This document shows, piece after piece, positions 1 through 8,589 of a DNA stretch of 64,000 bases (position 1 is its first letter; every line of letters starts with the position of its first letter). The stretch lies in the NCBI GenBank assembly GCA_965204575.1, contig OZ241993.1, positions 1,152,001-1,216,000 on the forward strand, written 5' to 3'. The position numbers and the translations under genes are program-made. The notes beneath the pieces are model-generated. The model was not told the origin of the DNA. It did not search any database and saw nothing but the letters and a program-made list of their open reading frames with translations. This DNA is from an uncultured candidatus Porisulfidus sp. (GTDB taxonomy: Bacteria > Pseudomonadota > Gammaproteobacteria > Poriferisulfidales > Poriferisulfidaceae).

Positions 1-1
1 C

Positions 2-301
2 CGGGGTGAATACAACTACCTCAGCCTGGAATCCGCGCTTTCCGAGTATGGCATCATCTCGCAGGTTCCGCTGGACCGGCTGACGGTGATGACGACCGGA
101 CGAAAAGGTGAATACAAAACGCCTTTCGGCACCATTGAGTTCACGCACACGCGCCGTCGCGCCTCGGATATCCTCGACAATACCCAGGTCGTGGACCGGC
201 CACTGAGAATGGCGAGCCCGGCGGCTGCCTGCCGGGACCTGAGGCGCGTGGGTCGCAACACCCACCTGATCGAGGAGGCCGCGCTCGATGAGTATCGCTA
301 G
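2..301 (+). CDS. abiEi: Type IV TA antitoxin AbiEi (5'-truncated by window edge)
   Basis: The frame of ORF 86..301 is open from base 2 and reads ...YNYLSLESALSEYGIISQVPLDRLTVMTTGRKG..TPFGTIEFTHT, typical of AbiEi. It overlaps the AbiEii start. Confidence 0.8.
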   Translation, partial: RGEYNYLSLESALSEYGIISQVPLDRLTVMTTGRKGEYKTPFGTIEFTHTRRRASDILDNTQVVDRPLRMASPAAACRDLRRVGRNTHLIEEAALDEYR

Positions 302-1208
302 GGAAGACTTCAGGCGGTTCGTCGACCGTGCCGTGCAGGACGCGAGCCTCGGGCATATGCGGCCCGTGATCGAAAAAGAGTTGCTGCACTACGACATCCT
401 GTTCTGCCTGGAACAGGGGCGCTTGCTGGACGGCTTGGTGTTTCAGGGCGGGACTTCATTGCGATTGTGCCGCGGCGGAAGCCGGTTCAGCGAGGATCTG
501 GATTTCGCCGGAGGCCGGGACTTCTCCCCCTCGACGTTCGTCGAGATGAAGGCCTGCATCGAGGACTACGTGGGTTCGCGGTATGGCCTAGAGGTCGGGG
601 TCAAGGAGCCTCCCGTTCGGGGAAAGGACCCGAAGCACGCGGAGCTGAATATCGACAAATGGCAGATCAGCGTCGCGGTCTCGCCGAAACGCAAGGATAT
701 TCCCCGGCAACGCATCAAGGTCGAAGTGGCCAATGTTCCGGCCTACACCGCGGAAGCGGTTCCATTGAGGGTCAATTACGCCTTCCTTCCGGACGGCTAT
801 GGCGACATGCTGATCTTCGCGGAAACGCTGGACGAGGTCATGGCCGACAAGATGGTGTCGCTTGCGGCCACGCGGAAATCCATCCGATACCGCGACATCT
901 GGGACCTGTCGTGGCTGAAGCAGCAAGGCGCGACTGTTCAGGGGGACCTGGTCCGGCGCAAGCTTGGGGATTACCGCTTGCCCGGCGACGCGGCGATGTT
1001 CGATGACCTGGTCGCAAGGATTCCCGGCCTTGTTGCGGAAGCGGAGTTCAAGAACGAAATGCGGCGGTTCCTGCCGTCGGACGTCTACGACCGGACCTTC
1101 GGCAGCGGGAAGTTCGAAGGGTTCCTGGCCGGTGCCGTTGGCGGGTTGTTCGAGGAGTTGAGGCGGGGGTTCGGCGATGGAAAGTCCGACCCGGAATTCC
1201 TGCTGTGA
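288..1208 (+). CDS. abiEii: AbiEii/AbiGii nucleotidyltransferase toxin
   Basis: Motifs IEKELL, FQGGTSLRL..GSRFSEDLDF, ADK..SL and RYRDIWDL. Confidence 0.9.
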   Translation: MSIAREDFRRFVDRAVQDASLGHMRPVIEKELLHYDILFCLEQGRLLDGLVFQGGTSLRLCRGGSRFSEDLDFAGGRDFSPSTFVEMKACIEDYVGSRYGLEVGVKEPPVRGKDPKHAELNIDKWQISVAVSPKRKDIPRQRIKVEVANVPAYTAEAVPLRVNYAFLPDGYGDMLIFAETLDEVMADKMVSLAATRKSIRYRDIWDLSWLKQQGATVQGDLVRRKLGDYRLPGDAAMFDDLVARIPGLVAEAEFKNEMRRFLPSDVYDRTFGSGKFEGFLAGAVGGLFEELRRGFGDGKSDPEFLL

Positions 1209-1273
1209 AGTTTTCCCGCCTGGATGATCCAGAGGTGGCGGCTCCAAAATTCCGATGCGGAGAATAAAGGGTA

Positions 1274-1300
1274 TAATATCCGCATAATTTGCGGATATTA
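1274..1300. promoter_or_regulatory. Perfect 11-bp inverted repeat (probable operator) overlapping TATAAT upstream of fic
   Basis: TAATATCCGCA-taatt-TGCGGATATTA. TATAAT lies at 1272-1277 and the ATG at 1303. Confidence 0.6.
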
Positions 1301-1302
1301 TC

Positions 1303-2418
1303 ATGTATCTTTGGGAACGGCCCCGATGGCCTGACTTTTCCTGGAACGGGGAGCGCTTGGGCAAAAGCCTTGCCTTGGCTCACCATGAAAAAGGGCGTCT
1401 GCTGGGGAGAATGGAGGCGTTGGGGTTCGAGTTTCGGGAAGAAGCCTGCCTCCAGGTCCTGACCCAGGAGGTGGTGAAGTCCAGTGAAATCGAAGGGGAG
1501 ATTCTAAATAGTGACCAGGTTCGCTCGTCCATTGCGAGACGCCTGGGGATGGATGTCGGAGGCTTGCTTCCGGCGGACCGGGATATCGAGGGCATGGTCG
1601 AGATGGCGCTGGACGCGGCCGGCAGCTTCGACAAGCCCTTGACCGAAGACCGCCTGTGCGGATGGCAGGCGGCCCTGTTCCCGGCCGGGCGCAGCGGCCT
1701 GCGGAAAATCGCCGTGGGCGATTGGCGCGACGACCGCGAGGGCCCCATGCAGGTTGTCTCCGGGCCGATGGGCAAGGAGAAAGTCCACTACCAGGCGCCG
1801 CCGGCCGACCGGGTACCCGGCGAAATGGCGAAGTTCCTCTCCTGGTTCGGGCAGACCCCCGACATGGATCTTCTCGTCAAGGCTGGCCTCGCCCACCTGT
1901 GGCTCGTGACGATTCACCCCTTCGAGGATGGGAATGGGCGCATTGCGCGCGCAGTCGCCGACATGGTTCTTTCGCAGTCGGACGACAGCCCCCGACGCTT
2001 CTACAGCATGTCTGCACAGATCCGGACGGAACGCGAACAGTATTACGCCATGCTTGAGAGTTCACAGAAGTCGGACCTGGATGTCACCTTATGGCTCGAA
2101 TGGTTCCTCGGCTGCCTGGTTCGGGCGGTCGAGAGTTCGCAGGAGACCGTGAGCGCAGTCCTGCAGAAGGCGCGATTCTGGGAACGTTTCTCCCAGGAAC
2201 CCCTCAACGAAAGGCAGATCAAGGTCCTGAACCGGCTGCTCGACGGCTTCGAGGGGAAGCTCACGTCTTCCAAATGGGCGAGGCTCGCCAAGTGCTCGCA
2301 GGACACCGCGTACCGGGATATTCTCGGCCTGATCGAACGGGGAGCCCTTGAGAGGAATCCCGGCGGCGGGCGCAGCACGAGTTACTCGGTCGCCGGGATT
2401 GGCGAACAGAGAGAGTAG
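1303..2418 (+). CDS. Fic family protein (DUF4172 N-terminus, C-terminal wHTH)
   Basis: Starts MYLWERPRWPDF, has the Fic motif HPFEDGNGRIAR and ends in GGRSTSY. Confidence 0.92.
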   Translation: MYLWERPRWPDFSWNGERLGKSLALAHHEKGRLLGRMEALGFEFREEACLQVLTQEVVKSSEIEGEILNSDQVRSSIARRLGMDVGGLLPADRDIEGMVEMALDAAGSFDKPLTEDRLCGWQAALFPAGRSGLRKIAVGDWRDDREGPMQVVSGPMGKEKVHYQAPPADRVPGEMAKFLSWFGQTPDMDLLVKAGLAHLWLVTIHPFEDGNGRIARAVADMVLSQSDDSPRRFYSMSAQIRTEREQYYAMLESSQKSDLDVTLWLEWFLGCLVRAVESSQETVSAVLQKARFWERFSQEPLNERQIKVLNRLLDGFEGKLTSSKWARLAKCSQDTAYRDILGLIERGALERNPGGGRSTSYSVAGIGEQRE

Positions 2419-2452
2419 GGCACGAGAAAGGGTGCCGAACAAACTTTTCTGT

Positions 2453-2617
2453 TTAGATGCCTAGGTCTTTGAAAAAGTCTTCGGCATTGCTGAAGCGCTT
2501 GCCCTTGCCCTCGTCCAGTTCCTTCATCGCCTCCAGGGTGAGAGCGTTCGGCACTCTGAAGAGCCCCGTCTCGGCATCGCGGCTGGCCTGCGTGCGCATA
2601 TCAGTCTCGGTATTCAT
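2453..2617 (-). CDS. 54-aa RelB/DinJ-like antitoxin fragment lacking the RHH domain
   Basis: Hand translation MNTETDMRTQASRDAETGLFRVPNALTLEAMKELDEGKGKRFSNAEDFFKDLGI with a GGAGG RBS. The tail resembles the DinJ/RelB C-terminus. Confidence 0.6.
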   Translation of the reverse strand: MNTETDMRTQASRDAETGLFRVPNALTLEAMKELDEGKGKRFSNAEDFFKDLGI

Positions 2618-2814
2618 CTGAAACCCCTCCTGCGCGGCTTATTTTGGCCGTATTGGGGAGTCTTTTCAAGGGCTTGCGCATGGCCAGAAGTCGAATGTTA
2701 TACTTGATTTCACGGGCTCTCTCGGGCAATGGAATGCGGAAGAGGGATTCGAATCAACCCGAGGTTCGGGATATAAGGCTAACCGACCTGCATGGATAGG
2801 GAATCAGCAGAACC

Positions 2815-3123
2815 ATGAACATTAGTCTTGAATTGATCACGATTGTCGCGTTGTGGCTCACCACGATGGGCTTTCTTATAAGCCTTCACCGGGATGTTGC
2901 CGGTCTTCGCGAGAAGATGGGGCACCTTGAGGGGAGGATGGGTCGTCTCGAGGACAGGATGACACACCTCGAGGACCGGATGAGCCGCCTTGAAGACAGG
3001 ATGGACCAGATCGAGGGCAGGATGGATCATCTGGAGGACAGAATGGGTCGCATCGAAGGCAGGGTGGGCCATCTCGAAGAACTGTTCCAAGGGTTTCGCA
3101 AGCCCGCCGCCGGATTCAGTTAA
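2815..3123 (+). CDS. Small membrane-anchored coiled-coil protein with 7-aa repeats (paralog of 11813..12136)
   Basis: N-terminal hydrophobic helix, LHRDVAGLRE, then about 8 MxxLE(D/G)R heptads. Confidence 0.8.
   Translation: MNISLELITIVALWLTTMGFLISLHRDVAGLREKMGHLEGRMGRLEDRMTHLEDRMSRLEDRMDQIEGRMDHLEDRMGRIEGRVGHLEELFQGFRKPAAGFS
2917..3084 (+). repeat. About 8 degenerate 21-nt tandem repeats (coding heptads)
   Basis: Units such as atgggtcgtctcgaggacagg and atgagccgccttgaagacagg. Confidence 0.8.
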
Positions 3124-3175
3124 TCCCTGATTGCGGACAGGGCTCCGGCCTTCTAGAAGATCCGGAAGTGCCGAT

Positions 3176-3937
3176 TCAGAAAATCCCCGGAATCACCGCC
3201 TTCCGATCAGTCGGATAGTCTTCGAACGTCTCCTGGTACCACCGGTGGTGGCTGTAGGCCCTCGGCACCAGGTTGGCGGCGGTGAACACGAAGAAGGCAA
3301 AGCCGGCCATCGACCAGGTCGCTAGTGCCCAACCGGCCCATTCCAGTATTTCCCCGAGATGGTTCGGGCAGGAGACGAAACGGAACCCTCCGCCGCGGGG
3401 AATGGCGTAACCGGTCTCGCCGGGTTTGCGCAGGTGCAGCAGGATCGTGTCGGAATGGAGGTTGAGGGCCATGCCGAACAGGAAGATCGCGAGGCCGATC
3501 AGGAAGCGGGGGTCGCTCAGCCATGAAATGTCGTAGGTGGCGAATTCCGAGACGACGCGGGCGTTGATGTAGGCATTGATCACATTGAAGAAGACGCCCG
3601 ATGCGACGACCGCGATCGGCATCCGTTTGCCTTGCGTGCGGAGCCGGAACGGAAAGATCAGCGTTCGGTGCACGTAGTGGGCCTGCCACATGACGAGGAA
3701 CACCAGCGGCACGACCTCCCAGGCGGATTCTCCACAGAGATACACGTACAGGAAGACGACTACGGTCGGCAGCTCCATGACGATCCAGCCGGTCCGGTTG
3801 GAGATGGATGGCCCCCAGCCGGCGGCCGGGTAGTGCCGACCGAACGGGGCGGTCTTGTAAAGCAAATACAGGAAAGTCGGGATCGAGATCGCGAGGACCG
3901 CCCAGACCAGGATGCTGTGGATTGCCAGCTCAATCAT
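3176..3937 (-). CDS. 3-oxo-5-alpha-steroid 4-dehydrogenase (steroid 5-alpha-reductase family)
   Basis: Motifs APFGRH, GWIVMELP, HYVHR, YAIPRGGGFRFVSCPNHLGEILEWAGW, NLVPRA..HHRWY and YP..RKAVIP. Confidence 0.9.
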   Translation of the reverse strand: MIELAIHSILVWAVLAISIPTFLYLLYKTAPFGRHYPAAGWGPSISNRTGWIVMELPTVVVFLYVYLCGESAWEVVPLVFLVMWQAHYVHRTLIFPFRLRTQGKRMPIAVVASGVFFNVINAYINARVVSEFATYDISWLSDPRFLIGLAIFLFGMALNLHSDTILLHLRKPGETGYAIPRGGGFRFVSCPNHLGEILEWAGWALATWSMAGFAFFVFTAANLVPRAYSHHRWYQETFEDYPTDRKAVIPGIF

Positions 3938-4247
3938 GCCCGTTCTCTCCTTGGGTAAATCCGTAGAACCGCTCGTTCAGAAAATCGCGCATGGCCGCGA
4001 TCTGTTCCGCCGTCCAGTCGAGCCCGGCTCCTTCGCGGCAATGGTCGACGCGTGCGAGCAACTGCCCGGAATTCTTGACGAGGCCCTCCGCTCCGCGGTA
4101 CAGCAGGTGGCCGTCTCCGCCAGTAATGCGCGCGTGACAGGCCGTGCAGTGTTCTTGATGTACACTGCCCGAATCGAACGCCTGCACGCCTCCCGTCCCG
4201 GGGAGGGCGAGCGCGACGAGCAGAACGCAGATTTGCCACGCCTTCAT
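3930..4247 (-). CDS. Periplasmic monoheme cytochrome c, probably His/Cys ligated (green-heme-protein-like)
   Basis: Signal peptide [24 protein letters not shown], a distal Cys in RVDHCRE and a C-terminal W...FLNERFYGF. The start was reassigned from 4568 to the ATG at 4247. Confidence 0.8.
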   Translation of the reverse strand: MKAWQICVLLVALALPGTGGVQAFDSGSVHQEHCTACHARITGGDGHLLYRGAEGLVKNSGQLLARVDHCREGAGLDWTAEQIAAMRDFLNERFYGFTQGENGHD

Positions 4248-4797
4248 GTCCAAGAAAAAGAACCTGATCTGGATCGACCTGGAAATGACCGGGCTCAGCC
4301 CGGACACCGACCGGATCATCGAGATTGCCACCGTGGTCACGGACTCAGACCTCAACGTGCTGGCGACCGGCCCGGTGCGCGCGATCCACCAGTCCGAATC
4401 GTGCCTGGCCGGGATGGACGAATGGAACACCTCCCACCATGGCGCTTCCGGGTTGACCGACGAAGTGCGCCGTTCCGACTGCAATGAGGCGCAGGCCGAA
4501 AAAGAGACGATCGAGTTCCTGGCGAAGCATGTCCCATACAGGGCCTCGCCGATGTGCGGCAACAGCATCTGCCAGGACCGGCGCTTCCTGGCGCGCTGGA
4601 TGCCGGACCTGGAGAAGTTCTTCCACTACCGGAACCTGGACGTCAGCACGCTGAAGGAATTGGCGCGGCGCTGGTATCCGGAGGTCGAGGAGATCCAGAA
4701 GGCCGCCGCGCACCGTGCGCTTGAGGACATTCACGAGTCGATCCGGGAACTGGCGCATTACCGTCAGCAGCTGTTTCAGCGAACGGCCGCTTCCTGA
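4246..4797 (+). CDS. orn: Oligoribonuclease
   Basis: [35 protein letters not shown] and HRALEDI. Confidence 0.97.
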   Translation: MSKKKNLIWIDLEMTGLSPDTDRIIEIATVVTDSDLNVLATGPVRAIHQSESCLAGMDEWNTSHHGASGLTDEVRRSDCNEAQAEKETIEFLAKHVPYRASPMCGNSICQDRRFLARWMPDLEKFFHYRNLDVSTLKELARRWYPEVEEIQKAAAHRALEDIHESIRELAHYRQQLFQRTAAS

Positions 4798-6428
4798 AGC
4801 GGGAGGTCGCGGCCTGCCTGCGGGTGCAGCACGGTGTCGCAACCGTCCATGGCCGGGTCCAGTTCCGGGTAATCCAGGGTGTAGTGCAGGCCGCGGCTTT
4901 CGCGGCGCATCATCGCGCAGCGGATGATCAGGTCTGAGACCTGGGCGAGGTTGCGCAGTTCGATCAGGTCCCGCGAAATGCGGAAATCCCGGTAGTATTC
5001 GTTGATTTCCTTGCGCAGCAGGGTGCAGCGGTGCTGGGCCCGTTCCAGCCGCTTGGTGGTGCGCACGATGCCGACGTAGTCCCACATGAAGCGGCGCAGT
5101 TCGTCCCAGTTGTGCGAGACCACCACTTCCTCGTCTGAATCCGATACCCGGCTCTCGTCCCAGGGCGCCACGTCCGGCACCGACGCGTCCCGGGGCAGCG
5201 TCTCGTTGATGTGCTCGCTCGCGGCGTGGGCGAACACCAGGCATTCCAGCAGGGAATTGCTGGCCATCCGGTTCGCGCCGTGCAGCCCGGTATGGGCCAC
5301 TTCCCCGACGGCGTACAGCCCGGGGAGGTCGGTGCAGCCGGAGAGGTCGGTGGCGACGCCGCCGCAGGTGTAGTGCGCGGCCGGCACGACCGGGATCGGC
5401 TGGTGGGCTAGGTCGATGTCGTATTCGAGGCAGCGCTCGTAGATGTTCGGGAACGCCTCGCGCAGCTCGGCGGCCTCCTTGTGGCTGATGTCGAGGTGCA
5501 CGTAGTCCAGCCCGAGGCGCTTCATTTCGTGGTCGATGGCCCGTGCGACGACGTCCCGGGGGGCCAGTTCGCCGCGTTCGTCGAAACGATGCATGAATTC
5601 CGCGCCGCTGCCCGGCAGGCGCAGTTTCGCTCCCTCGCCGCGCAGTGATTCGGTCATCAGGAAGGATTTGGCGCGCGGATCGTACAGGCAGGTCGGGTGG
5701 AACTGGATAAACTCCATGTTGGCCACGCGGCAGCCGGCCCGCCACGCCATGGCCAGCCCGTCTCCGGACGAGGTGTCGGGGTTGGAGGTATACAGGTAGA
5801 CCTTGCTTGCGCCGCCGGTGGCCAGGATCACGCAGCGCGCGCGGTAGGCGTTGACGGCGTTGGTCCGGGTGTCCTGGGCGTAAAGCCCGATGCAGCGGCG
5901 CTTCCCGGCGCTTCGGTCGACGATCAGGTCGACCGCGATGCAATGGCTGTGCAACTCGACGTTGGAACGTTCGCGCACCTGCGCCATGAGCGCTTCCTGG
6001 ATGGTGCGACCGGTGTGATCGGCGACGTGCGCGATCCGCCGGCGGCTGTGCCCGCCCTCCTGGGTCAGGTGCAGTTCGCCGGAAGGCGTGTAGGGAGTAA
6101 AGTTCACGCCCTGGTTCTGCAGCCACTGGATCATGGCGGCACCGCGTTCCGCCACGTGCTGGACTACGTCCGGGCGGCACAGCCCGCCCCCGGCCGAGAT
6201 CGTGTCGGAGACATGCAGGTCGACCGAGTCCTTGTCGTCCAGGACCGCCGAGACCCCCCCTTGGGCGTAGGTCGTCGAGCTTTCGGTCGCAGCCGCCTTG
6301 CACAGCAGTGTGACCTTGAGGCGCGGATCCATCTCCAGCGCGGCGCACAGGCCGGCCGCGCCGCTGCCGAGAATCAGGACATCCGTATCATGCGCAACCG
6401 CTGCGCTGTCTGCAACCAGGCGCTTCAC
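4776..6428 (-). CDS. nadB: L-aspartate oxidase
   Basis: GSGAAG, YAQGG, EGGHS, QFHPT, HYTCGG and [16 protein letters not shown]. Divergent from rpoE. The exact start is uncertain because of the adjacent insertion. Confidence 0.96.
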   Translation of the reverse strand: MKRLVADSAAVAHDTDVLILGSGAAGLCAALEMDPRLKVTLLCKAAATESSTTYAQGGVSAVLDDKDSVDLHVSDTISAGGGLCRPDVVQHVAERGAAMIQWLQNQGVNFTPYTPSGELHLTQEGGHSRRRIAHVADHTGRTIQEALMAQVRERSNVELHSHCIAVDLIVDRSAGKRRCIGLYAQDTRTNAVNAYRARCVILATGGASKVYLYTSNPDTSSGDGLAMAWRAGCRVANMEFIQFHPTCLYDPRAKSFLMTESLRGEGAKLRLPGSGAEFMHRFDERGELAPRDVVARAIDHEMKRLGLDYVHLDISHKEAAELREAFPNIYERCLEYDIDLAHQPIPVVPAAHYTCGGVATDLSGCTDLPGLYAVGEVAHTGLHGANRMASNSLLECLVFAHAASEHINETLPRDASVPDVAPWDESRVSDSDEEVVVSHNWDELRRFMWDYVGIVRTTKRLERAQHRCTLLRKEINEYYRDFRISRDLIELRNLAQVSDLIIRCAMMRRESRGLHYTLDYPELDPAMDGCDTVLHPQAGRDLPLQEAAVR

Positions 6429-7873
6429 GATTTGGTGTGGAAATCAGGGGGCGAGCCCCGGTAGTTCCACTGCATCGTTGACGGATCATCGGCGGTCTCC
6501 ACTAGGCACTCAAAGAAGAATGCCTCCGCTTCGTTGTCCCCTCCCCGTCCCGTCACCGGAGCGCCTCCGGCCAAGAGATTTTCCAAGCCCAGATTCAATA
6601 TGTTTCGTGTGGCATTGAGGTCCGCATGGTCCGTGTGTCCGCAGGCCTGGCACTTGAAATGCGCCTGCTCCTTCCGGTTGTCCTGTTCGGTGTGCCCGCA
6701 TTCCGCGCACGCCCGGCTGGTGTTCCGCGCTGGCACCCGGATCAGGTCCGTCGCCTTGTACTTCAGAAAACGGTCCACCATCCCCATGCAGGAAGACTGC
6801 GCCATCTTCCGGTTCAGCGCGGACTTCGCCTTGACGTTTTTCCCGGGCTTCTCCCTTGTCCCCCGCGCCGAGCGGCGCATCGCCTGCACGTCCAGATCCT
6901 CCAGCACGATGTGCTGGAAGTTCCGAGCCAGGTCGGCCGAGGACTGGTGGCTGAAGTCCCTGCGGATCTCCGCCGCCTTGCGCTTCGCCTTTGCCGCGCG
7001 CTGCTGCAGCCGCTGCCGCCGGTTCGAGGCTACCTTGATCTTCTTGCCAGACTTGGTACGCACCGCCTTCCCATCGGCGTCCTTCAGTTCAATCCGCTCC
7101 CGGCGGCTCGCCCGCCACTGGTAGTGCCGGGCCCGCGCCTCGTACTTCCCGATCCGCTCGTACGGAATCTCGATGAGTCTCCGTCCTCCACACCAGCCCG
7201 CCGCGAGGTTCTCCGAGTTGCGGTCAATGCCGCAGACCCCGCCGTGCCAGCGCCAGTCCGGGTCCTCTACCTCCCACAGCACCGACACGTACCACTTAGC
7301 GAGTTCCCGGTACACCACCGCGACCTTGGCCTCGCCGCCGTCCCAGGGGTCGGCCCCCCGCGTGCGCGACTGCGCCTTGCGGTTCATCCGGATCCAGCCG
7401 ACCTTCGGTACCCAAAGCCGCTTCTTCTTTACCTTCACGTCGTACGGGATCGTAAACGACTCCCGGCTGACACCCTTGATCTTGAAACGGGGGAACCCGG
7501 CCTGCTTGCCGCACTTGCCTTCCCGCCGACGGTGGGAGAAATGCGCGAACGCCGCCCCCAGCGGGAACGCTCCCGTGCCGCGCACAACCGTGGCCGACAA
7601 CCCCCGCAGCCATTCGTGGCCTTCCGTTGCCTTCAAGCGCGTGTACCGCTTCGCGAAGTCAAATTCGGAGGCGCCCGGCCGGTCTCTTTCTCCGGCCTCG
7701 AAACGCCCGTATTCCCGGATCTGGTCAGCCAGCAACTCGTTGTAGACGAACCGGCCGGCCCCGCACAACTGTGTGAACTGCCGCTCCTGCGTCTGGTTCG
7801 GATACAGACGGTAGCGGGAGGCTCGGTGCATGATGGCGTACTCTATCACGCCTTTCCACACGAATCCGTGAAG
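6423..7873 (-). mobile_element. Non-autonomous tnpB-only element bounded by imperfect 21-bp inverted repeats
   Basis: CTTCACGATTTGGTGTGGAAA (6423-6443) matches the reverse complement of 7853-7873 (CTTCACGGATTCGTGTGGAAA) at 18/21. No tnpA is present, and the element sits in the normally short nadB-rpoE intergenic region. Confidence 0.65.
6425..7831 (-). CDS. tnpB: TnpB RNA-guided endonuclease
   Basis: YRLYPN..Q N-terminus, GFPRFK, RuvC residues GIDRN, VLEDL and ADLNATRNI, and a CAECG/CQACG zinc finger. Likely start is the ATG at 7831 (frame open from 7897). Confidence 0.93.
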   Translation of the reverse strand: MHRASRYRLYPNQTQERQFTQLCGAGRFVYNELLADQIREYGRFEAGERDRPGASEFDFAKRYTRLKATEGHEWLRGLSATVVRGTGAFPLGAAFAHFSHRRREGKCGKQAGFPRFKIKGVSRESFTIPYDVKVKKKRLWVPKVGWIRMNRKAQSRTRGADPWDGGEAKVAVVYRELAKWYVSVLWEVEDPDWRWHGGVCGIDRNSENLAAGWCGGRRLIEIPYERIGKYEARARHYQWRASRRERIELKDADGKAVRTKSGKKIKVASNRRQRLQQRAAKAKRKAAEIRRDFSHQSSADLARNFQHIVLEDLDVQAMRRSARGTREKPGKNVKAKSALNRKMAQSSCMGMVDRFLKYKATDLIRVPARNTSRACAECGHTEQDNRKEQAHFKCQACGHTDHADLNATRNILNLGLENLLAGGAPVTGRGGDNEAEAFFFECLVETADDPSTMQWNYRGSPPDFHTKS

Positions 7874-7998
7874 ACCACAATTGAGCCAATTTGCCATGCC
7901 AAATTAATTATAATGTTGCCCTTATGAATTGCCCTACCCCGTGTGCTTGACGCAGCCTCGCGAGAATCTTCTTTGGCGGATCGGCCCAGCGTGCCGAG

Positions 7999-8589
7999 AT
8001 GAGCGACAAAAGCGACAGGAATCTGGTTCGCCGCGCCAAGGCGGGGGAGACTGGCGCATTCGACGCGCTGGTCGAGAAATACCAACACCGCATCCTGAAA
8101 CTGGCCGGCCGCTACGTGTCCGACCGGGCTGCCCGGCAGGACGTGGTTCAGGAAGCCTTCATCAAGGCCTGGCGCAACATCAAGACCTTCCGGGGCGACA
8201 GCCAGTTCTACACCTGGCTGTTCCGGATCACGGTCAATACGGCGATGAACTACCTGGCCGCCGCGCGTCGGCGGCCGGAGCATACACTGCCGCCGGGTGA
8301 CGGGGAGGATCCAAGCATGGACGACATGCAGGCCGACCTGGACACGCCGGAGGGTGAGGTGGAGGCGGAGGAGGTGTCCGCCATAGTGAACAAAGTGATT
8401 TCCGAATTGTCAGAAGACTTACGGGTGGCGATCACCCTACGCGAACTGGAGGGCATGAGTTACGAGCAGATTGCGTATATTATGAAATGTCCTATCGGCA
8501 CGGTCCGCTCGCGCATTTTTCGGGCACGCGAGGCGATCGATGAGCGATTGAGGCCGATATTAGACGACTCGTCAGGGGAACGCAGATGA
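7999..8589 (+). CDS. rpoE: ECF sigma factor RpoE/AlgU
   Basis: DVVQEAFIKAW, FRGDSQFYTWLFRI and CPIGTVRSRIFRARE. Confidence 0.96.
   Translation: MSDKSDRNLVRRAKAGETGAFDALVEKYQHRILKLAGRYVSDRAARQDVVQEAFIKAWRNIKTFRGDSQFYTWLFRITVNTAMNYLAAARRRPEHTLPPGDGEDPSMDDMQADLDTPEGEVEAEEVSAIVNKVISELSEDLRVAITLRELEGMSYEQIAYIMKCPIGTVRSRIFRAREAIDERLRPILDDSSGERR

Noticed and set aside
2917-3084. Periodic 21-nt repeats (and the 54-nt repeats at 11900) as a CRISPR array
   Set aside because: They are in-frame coding repeats with no unique spacers, and no cas genes are present.
4248-4568. N-terminal extension of the cytochrome ORF to 4568
   Set aside because: It lies antisense to orn, and the signal peptide begins at 4247.
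6425-7831. Catalytically dead TnpB (TldR) or Cas12f
   Set aside because: All three RuvC acidic residues are present and there is no CRISPR array.
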